DNA from: a virus
DNA length: 64,000 nt
IMG/VR virus record: IMGVR_UViG_3300044846_005309
Location: 55,784 to 119,783 of that record
Direction: 5' to 3' (one strand)
In this document: in pieces, positions 55,781 through 64,000 of the stretch
Position numbering within the stretch: position 1 is the stretch's first letter
How the letters are laid out: the number at the start of each line of letters is the position of its first letter
The notes under the pieces: generated by a model
Seen by the model: the letters and a program-made list of their open reading frames with translations, nothing else
What the model was told of the DNA's origin: nothing
The model's database searches: none
Translations under genes and position numbers: made by a program

Positions 55781-58165
55781 TTAAGCTTGTAAAAGCTCGT
55801 TAAAGTCTTGAGAAGTTTTGGTTGCATAGAAATTTACTAAGATAAACTCAGCAGTACGTACTGGTTTAATATAAATGTCGACCACCATTGTGTTATCGTC
55901 AATTACATTAGCAGTATTGTTTGTTTCATTGCATACAATGAGATAATCGTAAAGACCTTGTGTATTTTTAGCTGTTTCAAAGAGAGGGGACAGAGTATTT
56001 ACCGTGCGACTACGTGTGAATGTAGTGTTAGGTTCGAATACAAAGTATCTCATTGTGCGTAGGGTAGCCTTTTCCAGATAAAGGAATAGACGGCGTACGT
56101 TAATGCGATCAAATGCACTCGGAGCTTTTAGTAAGGTCTTTTGACCGAATACTGTATAGCCTTCGTTAGGGAAGAACACTACAGGATTTAGAGAGATCTT
56201 ATAAAGCAAGTCACGCTGTTTCTGCTGCGGGTTAACACCTAGATCAGTTAAGCCGTTAATAACGCCACGAGTTAGACCAGCTGGTGCAACCCATGGGTAT
56301 GATAGAGCGTCACTAGCTGTCATCATTGCTGCAGCATAACCAGAGAACGGTACCCATACATTCTTTGAAGTAAAGATATCGTTAATCTTGGCCCAGTTTG
56401 CATAAGCTGTAGCATAGCTTGTATTGTATGCTGTATAGCTATTGCGTAATGGCCAATATATGTTTTGGGAGAAGTTCTTTGACTTATCGTCAAGGGTCTT
56501 ATAATTTTCCCCGGTAACGAAAATCTGACGTAGTGGGTCAGAAATGAATAAGCAATCCTTACGACGGTTTCTTGTAAAGCTTTCAAACTGAGCGGTAATA
56601 GTATTCCAGTTATCAAGTAATACACTTGTTGTTACTGGGTTACCGTTCGAAGCTGTAAGAGCGTTAACGTAACTTTGTAGGGTAGCACTTACAACTGTAT
56701 CGTCGAAGTCTGCTGTGCCCGCTGCAACTGTTGTTGCAGCAATTGTTGAAAGACCGCCGTCGACTACTAGATCAATGTCAACTACATCAGTATTTTCAGC
56801 TAGATTAAGAACGTAATCAAGCTTTGTGCTTACAGTACCAATAACTTTATTTTGATTGGTTGGTAGAGTTTCTGCATAGGTACCAACTGCATATAGGTTA
56901 TTAGCTGGTTTAAAGGAGCCTACGGTGAGATAAGCAGAAGCTTGAGTATAGAATGTGTAGTCCGGATCTGCGCTAGTAGAATTAGTAATAGTAGAGATTG
57001 TTGTATCCTTAAAGACTCTTACTCTCTTTGTTGAATTACCATTTGCATCCAGCCATACAGTCTTATCAGAAATGTTTGGATTTACTAATACTTGCAGATT
57101 GTTTGAATTGTCATTTGTAGCGGTCTGCAAGAAGAATGAAATTGGCTGACCACCTTGTTGATCCTGTACAGTGCGTTGACTATAAAGAGATCCGGTATAA
57201 CCTTCCTGTAGAACATACTGTAAAGTAGTAGTAGTTGGTGAGAAAGGAGAAGGACGTACACGGAAAAGTGATAAGATTAATGTATCACTATAACCTGATG
57301 CTGCGATATTGAATGTAGGAAGATCTTCAACGTCTTTGGATAAGCTGTTAATATTTGAAGTATATGTAGCGCTTAACGAGAAACCAATACGGTTATCAGG
57401 TATAAAAGTATAATTTTGATTAGAAGCTAAAGCATTGTCTGAGAAGTAGTTTGAGCCTACTGACCAAATATGGCCTGCATCATCATAGTCGGTAGCAGGG
57501 TTATTACTGTAACTATCTCCAATATTGAGGTAGTAACCTTCAAACTTTTCGTTAATAGTGGTCTTGGCTTTGTTAAGTACGATTAAACCTGCAGCACTTA
57601 AGGAGTTTAATGCTCCGTTACCGGAAACAATAAAACTACTTAAACCAACGTTACCGGTAGTTGCCTTCCAGGTAAAATTACCCTGGGCAATACTTTGATA
57701 TTGGGTTTCGGTAAGCTTTACCAGGGCAGGCTCTCCGAAATAGTAACCTTGAGCAGAGCTTAATGGAACAGTACCCGCTACTGCACCGGAAGCAGGGTAG
57801 GTCGAAATTTCACTAGCAGCAGGAACTGCAACTACTGGATAAGCAAGAGCGCTGTATTCGCTAGCTGTACCTTCGCCACCTGCGGCGCCGTAAGGCAAGC
57901 GGGCGACTTTTACAGTAGGATTGCCACCGTTAGTAAGAAGCTGTCTTACTGTGTAATAAAAATAGCGTTCAGCCGCATTGGTTGGTGTGCCGTAGATTTG
58001 TTCGAAATCTGTAAGAGAGGTGAGCTCAACAATCTCATAAGTAGGGCCCTGAGGGGCAAAACCTGTGATAAGCACATTTGTGCCGGCTGGTGTAATTGCT
58101 CTTGTAGAAAGATCGATTTCACGAACTTCTACACCTGGGGAATTAATAGTGCGTACGTTTGCCAT
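55781..58165 (-). CDS. tail sheath protein (T4 gp18-like)
   Basis: SPGVEVREIDLS, PWVAPAGLTRG, FGQKTL, AFDRINVRRLF, FEPN, IYIKPVRTAEFI. Confidence 0.95.
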   Translation of the reverse strand: MANVRTINSPGVEVREIDLSTRAITPAGTNVLITGFAPQGPTYEIVELTSLTDFEQIYGTPTNAAERYFYYTVRQLLTNGGNPTVKVARLPYGAAGGEGTASEYSALAYPVVAVPAASEISTYPASGAVAGTVPLSSAQGYYFGEPALVKLTETQYQSIAQGNFTWKATTGNVGLSSFIVSGNGALNSLSAAGLIVLNKAKTTINEKFEGYYLNIGDSYSNNPATDYDDAGHIWSVGSNYFSDNALASNQNYTFIPDNRIGFSLSATYTSNINSLSKDVEDLPTFNIAASGYSDTLILSLFRVRPSPFSPTTTTLQYVLQEGYTGSLYSQRTVQDQQGGQPISFFLQTATNDNSNNLQVLVNPNISDKTVWLDANGNSTKRVRVFKDTTISTITNSTSADPDYTFYTQASAYLTVGSFKPANNLYAVGTYAETLPTNQNKVIGTVSTKLDYVLNLAENTDVVDIDLVVDGGLSTIAATTVAAGTADFDDTVVSATLQSYVNALTASNGNPVTTSVLLDNWNTITAQFESFTRNRRKDCLFISDPLRQIFVTGENYKTLDDKSKNFSQNIYWPLRNSYTAYNTSYATAYANWAKINDIFTSKNVWVPFSGYAAAMMTASDALSYPWVAPAGLTRGVINGLTDLGVNPQQKQRDLLYKISLNPVVFFPNEGYTVFGQKTLLKAPSAFDRINVRRLFLYLEKATLRTMRYFVFEPNTTFTRSRTVNTLSPLFETAKNTQGLYDYLIVCNETNNTANVIDDNTMVVDIYIKPVRTAEFILVNFYATKTSQDFNELLQA

Positions 58166-58215
58166 AGTAGGTAATACTATTATTTACTATTTTTAGACTT
58201 GATTTTTGCTTTTTT

Positions 58216-58794
58216 TTATAACAATTTGACATCTAGCTGCCCAAAAACAAACGTAAAAGAAGATTCAATTTGTTCCCCGTCTCTATAGCTATAGCCGATT
58301 TCCCCTAAACCTGTGATAAACGCCCCGGAGTAATCAAATTGTATTTTTTTATTATTATACTCGTCCAATCCGTATACTGTTATATTGGTTTTATAGCTTG
58401 TAGTGGTGTTGCCATCTGGATCTGGAATATTGCTAAAATTATATGAACTGTTTTTACTATCATTAATTAAATTAAGCCATTTCCACAAAACCCACCAATT
58501 ACTATAATAGTTGTCTATAGTAAAATTAACAGTTACCGCACCATAGGCCGGTCTTGCATAACTAGTAAATTTAGCGCCTTGTCCGCCGTACGGTGTATCT
58601 ACTTCTGGTATAGCAATTGTAGGTACAACACTTCCGTAGACTGAATACTGTAGACTATCTAGATTTAGATAGTCAGTATTTCTATCTCCAGGACTAACTT
58701 TATTAATCTCTTTAAGTACGTTCGGTAAATTTAAGACAAGCAGAAACTTGTCTTTTCTATTTTTATTAAGAATCGATTGCTGAATAGCGCTCAT
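58216..58794 (-). CDS. tail completion/tube terminator (gp3-like)
   Basis: VPTIAIP, YGAVTVNFTIDNYYSNW...WL, AFITGLG. Confidence 0.6.
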   Translation of the reverse strand: MSAIQQSILNKNRKDKFLLVLNLPNVLKEINKVSPGDRNTDYLNLDSLQYSVYGSVVPTIAIPEVDTPYGGQGAKFTSYARPAYGAVTVNFTIDNYYSNWWVLWKWLNLINDSKNSSYNFSNIPDPDGNTTTSYKTNITVYGLDEYNNKKIQFDYSGAFITGLGEIGYSYRDGEQIESSFTFVFGQLDVKLL

Positions 58795-60731
58795 TCATTA
58801 ATTTTATTGGCTCTTTCAATAGGGGTATTTCTTGAAGAAGATTTAAAATTATTTATAGCTCTATTAAAAGCACTATAAAATTCATTTACCGGAGTTACGT
58901 TTTTCATTGGCCCCTTCGTTCTCGGTGTTTTTGCAGGTACAATTTGACCACCCGGGGAAGGTACTAAAGCAGTAGATGGTTCAATAGCAAGTTGCTGTTC
59001 CGGCTCTGCTTGTGGCGCTTGTTTTGGTTGTTCCCCGCTAGCATGCTGCACAATTGCTTGAGCTTGAGCTTCTGCTTGATTAATTATTTGTACAACCTGT
59101 TCTGGGCTTTTTGAAGAAGCAGCTTCTAGCGCTTCTTTAAGACGTGCTTCAAGTTCTTTTATTTCTCTATTAAGAGCTGCTCTTTCTCTTGCCAATGCTT
59201 TTTGGCTAGGGTCATTTCCTTTCACTTTTTGCGCACCGCCACCCCCACCCCCGCCACCGCCGCCCCCTCCGCCTCCTCCTCCACCACCACCGCCTCCTCC
59301 ACCGCCTCCGCCTTCAGGTATAGGGTTAGAAGGTGCAGTAACCGTTTGAGCTGCTGCATTTGCAGTAGCTACAGCTCGATTAAGAACTTGTACAATTTGT
59401 CGAGTGTTATTATTTTGAGCAGCTCTACGTGCTTGTTCAAGCATTGTTCTTAAAGATTGTACTCGTTGGCGGAGTTCTGTTAATTGTTGCTGCGTTATAA
59501 TCGCGCGTTTTCTGCCATAACCACCTCCGCCGCCTCCACCACCTCCGCCTCCACCTCCGCCCCCGCCTCCACCGTGTACACTTATATTTATACCACCCGG
59601 GCCATAACCACCCGGGCCATAACCACCCGGGCCTGGTCCAGGGCCTGGCGTCGGGCTGGGTGGGTTGCCGGAATAACCGCCAGATAAACTACCTGTGCCG
59701 GTTCCACCACCACCACCCCCACCACCAAATCTATTAAGAGCTGCCTTAATTAAAGGCACAACTGCAGTACCTGCGGGCCCAAATGCGATAGCTCCGATAG
59801 CAGCCCAAGGACCGTATTTACCTACCCATTTACTTAAACGGCCAAGAGCTCCGGCTCCTATAGTCTTTACCCCGCTCCAGGTATCTTTTGCTACTTTTTC
59901 TAGACCTCTTCCGAGACTTTTTGCGCCACGACCAAGACTTCTAGCTGCGCTGCTAGCAGCATTTTTTATACCTTGCCAGACACCCTCTTCGTGAGTATTT
60001 TCATCAAATAAATAGAGGTCTTGATATGCTTCAAGTAAAACTTTCGGGGAGTATATTTCATTAACATGCTCTGTAATAATATTTGTGTCTCCATTAGAAT
60101 CAACAAATTCTTGTAGTTTTCTTATAGAGACTATATCCCCAGTTTCATAAAAATGTTTTACACATTCATTAATAATAATTTCTTCTATAGTAGTTTCACC
60201 AACAGGGGTAGAAGAAGAATATTTTTTTATGATTTGATTAATTGCATTTGTATCATTAGTACTAGCTGCTTGCTGTAATTCAGCTAAAGCTTTAGGATTT
60301 GTTTTAGCAATTTGCTGTACAAGAGTGTCAATTACTGAAGGTAATTCGTTTTGCGGAATTTGCTGGGCAGCTTGCTGTATAGTTTCAGTGCCTTGTTGAG
60401 CTGGCTGCTGACCAGCCTGCTGAGCAGGGGCTGCTTGCTGAGCTTGAGCTGGAGCTGCTTGTTGAGGTGCTTGCTGTGCTGGTTGCTGGGCAGGGGCTGC
60501 TTGTTGGGCTGGTTGTTGAGCTTGAGCCGGAGCTGCTTGCTGGGCAGGCTGCTGAGCCGGAACTGCTTGTTGAGCTGGTTGGGCAGCAGGAGCAGGAGCA
60601 CCTGAAGCAACTGGTGCTTCAGTCAGATAACTTTCAACTAAAGAACTAATATAACTATAATTTTGCTCCGCCATCCAGTTTTGGAATCTAGCAAGCTCAT
60701 ATTTCTCTTGAAGAGGGCCCAAGTTTTTCAT
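58791..60731 (-). CDS. low-complexity Gln/Ala/Pro- and poly-Gly-rich protein (probably virion-associated)
   Basis: Long intact ORF with QQPAQQAAPA repeats, GPGGY repeats and long Gly runs. Confidence 0.65.
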   Translation of the reverse strand: MKNLGPLQEKYELARFQNWMAEQNYSYISSLVESYLTEAPVASGAPAPAAQPAQQAVPAQQPAQQAAPAQAQQPAQQAAPAQQPAQQAPQQAAPAQAQQAAPAQQAGQQPAQQGTETIQQAAQQIPQNELPSVIDTLVQQIAKTNPKALAELQQAASTNDTNAINQIIKKYSSSTPVGETTIEEIIINECVKHFYETGDIVSIRKLQEFVDSNGDTNIITEHVNEIYSPKVLLEAYQDLYLFDENTHEEGVWQGIKNAASSAARSLGRGAKSLGRGLEKVAKDTWSGVKTIGAGALGRLSKWVGKYGPWAAIGAIAFGPAGTAVVPLIKAALNRFGGGGGGGGTGTGSLSGGYSGNPPSPTPGPGPGPGGYGPGGYGPGGINISVHGGGGGGGGGGGGGGGGGGYGRKRAIITQQQLTELRQRVQSLRTMLEQARRAAQNNNTRQIVQVLNRAVATANAAAQTVTAPSNPIPEGGGGGGGGGGGGGGGGGGGGGGGGGGAQKVKGNDPSQKALARERAALNREIKELEARLKEALEAASSKSPEQVVQIINQAEAQAQAIVQHASGEQPKQAPQAEPEQQLAIEPSTALVPSPGGQIVPAKTPRTKGPMKNVTPVNEFYSAFNRAINNFKSSSRNTPIERANKINE

Positions 60732-60734
60732 GTG

Positions 60735-61784
60735 TTAATATTTACGTAAATAGTAGCTATTTGTTTGAGAATTAAATCCAATCTCTATGTTGCTTGTACT
60801 TAATTTGCGTGGCAGTTTGGATCTATCTAAGTTGTAACGGTTAATTATTTCTTCTGCCTTTGCATTAGATATAGGTGTTATAGAATTATGTTGTTCTTTC
60901 TTTCTATGAATAACATCAATATCATCTCCGAGTTTATGCATTTGCGCGACGACCCCTATACTCTTTCTATTTGGATCTGTTAAGCGCCTATCCCAGGATC
61001 CCATTTTTCTATGATGCGGTCCGCGTTTTGTCGACATTTTTAAAAAATTCTTAAACGTGTCAACCATTTCTTTCTGAACACTATCTAGAGAAAGCTCTTG
61101 GTCTTTTTTAGCAAGAACCCCTTTTACTAACCTTTCCACGTCTCCGGATCTTCTAAGCTCTTTAAAAGCTAGATTCTCAGGGGAAAATTCTCCGCCTTTC
61201 TCTAAGCCTACCTTACGAAAGTTTAAAAATTTTTCTTTAGCTTTTTCAGCACACTCTACATCGCAATCCGGGGTGAGAGCAAAATTAATCATGTCAAGCA
61301 TTGCCTGTTTTTTCTTATTAACCTGTTCAACATCTATATTTGCTTTCTCTTTTGTTGGCTTAGGTTCGGTTATCCATTCATTATTCTTTAACGAATATAC
61401 CCCTGTAGAATGATGTGGCTCGGACATATCCTGCACATATAATTCAACATCATACCCTTTAATTGTTATATCTCTAGTTGTATTCCAAACTGTTTTTTTA
61501 GCATTGAAATAGTCTTTCAATAATTCTTTATCGGCATTATATGTATCGTAATCTGTAATAATATGTAGATCGAAATCACTATATTTGGTATAATTGTAAT
61601 TAGCTAGCGATCCAGTTAAAGTAATATCCTCTATATCAACATCTACATCTATAAATTCTAAGAAAGCTTCTGCTATCTCTAAAAGTTTATCTTTAATTTC
61701 TGGCTTAAGAGTTTTGTTTATCCATATTTGTGGATTAAGTTCAGTATGAAACTCATAGGTTAAGTCTTTTGCAGACGGCAGCAT
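60735..61784 (-). CDS. Pol-beta-superfamily nucleotidyltransferase
   Basis: TGSLANYNYTKYSDFDLH (GS...DxD), VELYVQD; start at MLPSAK chosen. Confidence 0.75.
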   Translation of the reverse strand: MLPSAKDLTYEFHTELNPQIWINKTLKPEIKDKLLEIAEAFLEFIDVDVDIEDITLTGSLANYNYTKYSDFDLHIITDYDTYNADKELLKDYFNAKKTVWNTTRDITIKGYDVELYVQDMSEPHHSTGVYSLKNNEWITEPKPTKEKANIDVEQVNKKKQAMLDMINFALTPDCDVECAEKAKEKFLNFRKVGLEKGGEFSPENLAFKELRRSGDVERLVKGVLAKKDQELSLDSVQKEMVDTFKNFLKMSTKRGPHHRKMGSWDRRLTDPNRKSIGVVAQMHKLGDDIDVIHRKKEQHNSITPISNAKAEEIINRYNLDRSKLPRKLSTSNIEIGFNSQTNSYYLRKY

Positions 61785-61804
61785 AGTAAGTAAATATTTA
61801 CTGA

Positions 61805-62554
61805 ATGAGCCGATTTTTAAAGTTATTAGAAGAAGCAAAGATAGCTAATAACCCAGCTATCTATACTAAAAAACTAGATACTCTAATTAACTACTTAAAG
61901 GATAAAGAAAAAGTATTACTACTTACAACCAGTAACCGTTGGGAAGGCGACAAGGAGCAACCTAAGAGTACACAACTAGCAGAGTTTGTTAAAAAAGAAG
62001 TCGGTAACAATGCAGAATTAATTGACGTAAGCAAACTTACAATATATTGCTGTGAGGGTAATGTGAGTAAAATGGACGGTAATAATTGTGGAGTTAAAGA
62101 CGCAGCTTTAAAAGACAAAGAAAAAAACCCTACCGGGGATCACCGTTGCTGGGCATCTATAAACAATAAAGATGATGAATTATGGAAAGTATCTAAACCT
62201 TTATTTGAAGCTGATGCTGTAATATTTTTTGTGAGTGTGCGCTGGGGACAAGCTAATAGTGTTTATCAAAAATTAATTGAACGTCTAAACTGGATAGAGA
62301 ATAGACATACAACTTTAGAAGAAGATAATATAATAGAAGGTAAAGACGCTGGTATTGTAGTTATAGGTCAAAACTGGAACGGTACAGCTGTCTTAGATAC
62401 CCAGAAAAAAGTATTAGACTTTTACGGCTTTAACGTGCCTGATGAGTTAAGCTTTAACTGGCAATATACCGACGATACTTTAGATGAAACTCAAGAGAGC
62501 TATAAAAAAGCTCCAGAAGCGTTTGAAAAGTCTTTCGACATTAAACTGAAGTAA
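61805..62554 (+). CDS. flavodoxin-fold NADPH-dependent FMN reductase-like protein
   Basis: TTSNR, IYCCEGNVS, HRCWAS, ADAVIFFVSVRWG, KLIERL. Confidence 0.65.
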   Translation: MSRFLKLLEEAKIANNPAIYTKKLDTLINYLKDKEKVLLLTTSNRWEGDKEQPKSTQLAEFVKKEVGNNAELIDVSKLTIYCCEGNVSKMDGNNCGVKDAALKDKEKNPTGDHRCWASINNKDDELWKVSKPLFEADAVIFFVSVRWGQANSVYQKLIERLNWIENRHTTLEEDNIIEGKDAGIVVIGQNWNGTAVLDTQKKVLDFYGFNVPDELSFNWQYTDDTLDETQESYKKAPEAFEKSFDIKLK

Positions 62555-63233
62555 CTGGCCCGTAACGCTCTTCTATAATTTTCATATTGCGGGCATACGT
62601 AACTTGCTGGTTAGGATTAGCATTAACCGTTGACCCGCCTTCGTGAAAGATGGGGAACGGTCCCGCAACTTTATTAGTACCTACAACTCCGTCTAGTCTT
62701 ACTTCAGGCACTTGGTGTATACTGTACCCTGCATTGTACGCTCGAATGCAAAAATCAATATCTTCTCCACAGCCAGGGGTAAAAGTCTCATCAAGTAAAC
62801 CGACTTTGTTTATTACTTCTCTTTTAATAGCCGCGCAAAAGAAAAGCACCCAGGGCTTATGGCCTTGATAGCGTTTAATAAGCCCAGTAACTCCTGCTTT
62901 AGGGTGATTATTAAAAGGTTCAAGAAGTTGATCTAGCCAAGACTTATCAAATAAGACAGTATCGTTGTTAAGCAATATAACATAATCTCCAGTAGCAGCT
63001 GACATACCCATATTAACCGCTTTAGGGTACCCTAAAGGTTTAGGCCACTGAACCATATGAAAATGTTTATTTTTATACTCTGCTTCAAAAAGTACTTTTG
63101 TATAATCTGTACAGCCATTTGATACTATAATCACTTCCCCATCTGTCAAATCAGTATTATCTTTAACACTTTTAAGACATTTATTAAGAAGGTCCCAACG
63201 ATTGAGTGTTGGTATTACTATAGAAAATTTCAT
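62541..63233 (-). CDS. GT2 glycosyltransferase
   Basis: SIVIPT, LLNNDT, GCGEDIDFCIRA. Confidence 0.85.
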   Translation of the reverse strand: MKFSIVIPTLNRWDLLNKCLKSVKDNTDLTDGEVIIVSNGCTDYTKVLFEAEYKNKHFHMVQWPKPLGYPKAVNMGMSAATGDYVILLNNDTVLFDKSWLDQLLEPFNNHPKAGVTGLIKRYQGHKPWVLFFCAAIKREVINKVGLLDETFTPGCGEDIDFCIRAYNAGYSIHQVPEVRLDGVVGTNKVAGPFPIFHEGGSTVNANPNQQVTYARNMKIIEERYGPVTSV

Positions 63234-63808
63234 AGCTTGTAAGAGATACTATGAAAAAAGCTTCCTAATTTATTACAGGTAGCATACCAGACCCTACGGG
63301 AAAACCACCGATAGGGTTTAGTATGAAAAACATATTTGTTATACCAAACGTTATTTTGTCTTTCAATTTCTCCTGCCCAGTTTTTCTCTCTTTGTTTACG
63401 TTCTGTATTATCTTCTTTAGTAAACTCAAACAGTTCGATTCTGACAAGATTTCCTTCGTTAAATATTGCTTTAAATTCTACCCAGCAGTCATACTTGTCC
63501 TGCACGTCTATAATAGAATCATAAAAATATATTTCCCCGTGATACCCAATAGCTTGTAAATAAGGGTCTTTTGTTTCTAGACGTCCCATTCTATCAATCC
63601 ATTTTTTAGCTTTTGGATCTCCTTCTATCCATGTTTCAGTCTTATAGAGTTGTCTAAACAACTTACCGTCTTGTATAAAATAAGACCCCATTACATTATC
63701 TAAATCTTTGGTTTGAAAAATCCATGTGTTTTTATCAAGACCAAGAGCGATCATTTCTTCCGAATAAGGAAGATTGCCAGATACACTGATATTATCGAAC
63801 ATTCCCAT
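63230..63808 (-). CDS. conserved phage hypothetical protein
   Basis: MGMFDNI...FQTKDL...YHGEIYFY...WVEFKAIF pattern. Confidence 0.6.
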   Translation of the reverse strand: MGMFDNISVSGNLPYSEEMIALGLDKNTWIFQTKDLDNVMGSYFIQDGKLFRQLYKTETWIEGDPKAKKWIDRMGRLETKDPYLQAIGYHGEIYFYDSIIDVQDKYDCWVEFKAIFNEGNLVRIELFEFTKEDNTERKQREKNWAGEIERQNNVWYNKYVFHTKPYRWFSRRVWYATCNKLGSFFHSISYKL

Positions 63809-63854
63809 ATAAATATTTTAGTGTAATTTTTTAGAAAATCAATAAGTAATAACA

Positions 63855-64000
63855 ATGCATTCCAAGCAAAATAAAAAATTATTAGAAATGTATACATTGC
63901 TCAAAGAAGACAATGATACTGTTTCTGGGCTTGGAGGGGATTTTGTTGTCGAGGATAAAGCAGCTCTTGATTGGAAACAAGTAGGACTATACGAGCCGGA
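63855..64000 (+). CDS. hypothetical protein (3' truncated by window edge)
   Basis: ATG after TAAGTA motif; frame open to the window end (MHSKQNKKLLEMYTLLKED...). Confidence 0.5.
   Translation, partial: MHSKQNKKLLEMYTLLKEDNDTVSGLGGDFVVEDKAALDWKQVGLYEP

Noticed and set aside
49012-60649. Plus-strand ORFs antisense to the tape-measure-like, sheath and Gly-rich genes
   Set aside because: Explained by stop-poor antisense frames of low-complexity coding sequence
1-64000. Stop-codon reassignment
   Set aside because: Genes are intact and densely packed under the standard code, all three stops are used, and no suppressor tRNA was found

Overview
A 64-kb segment of a large, AT-rich T4-like myovirus genome; I see no bacterial core genes. 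Left (1-24.7 kb): nucleotide-sugar and glycosyltransferase genes, then the replication/recombination block (gp46, gp43 DNA polymerase, UvsX, gp41, gp32, gp45, RNase H). Embedded in it is a probable 7-deazaguanine DNA-modification cassette (TGT/DpdA-like protein, PurN-like formyltransferase, P-loop kinase, QueF, plus FolE). Middle (24.7-34.3 kb): an RNA-gene array with 23 tRNAs for 19 amino acids, a tmRNA and several unidentified structured RNAs, interspersed with accessory genes (bilin reductase, heme oxygenase, Ig-domain and PEP-CTERM proteins, methyl- and glycosyltransferases). Right (34.3-64 kb): more glycosyltransferases, a GMP reductase, a beta-barrel protein and the minus-strand baseplate/tail module. 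The top observation lies at the start of the tRNA array. A promoter is followed by a 28-codon leader ORF that encodes all 20 amino acids with 26 different codons. Its stop codon lies inside an antiterminator stem that is mutually exclusive with an intrinsic terminator. This is the architecture of a ribosome-mediated attenuator, apparently built to sense shortage of almost any tRNA and switch on the phage tRNA array. Product calls come from motif recognition only; no searches were run.
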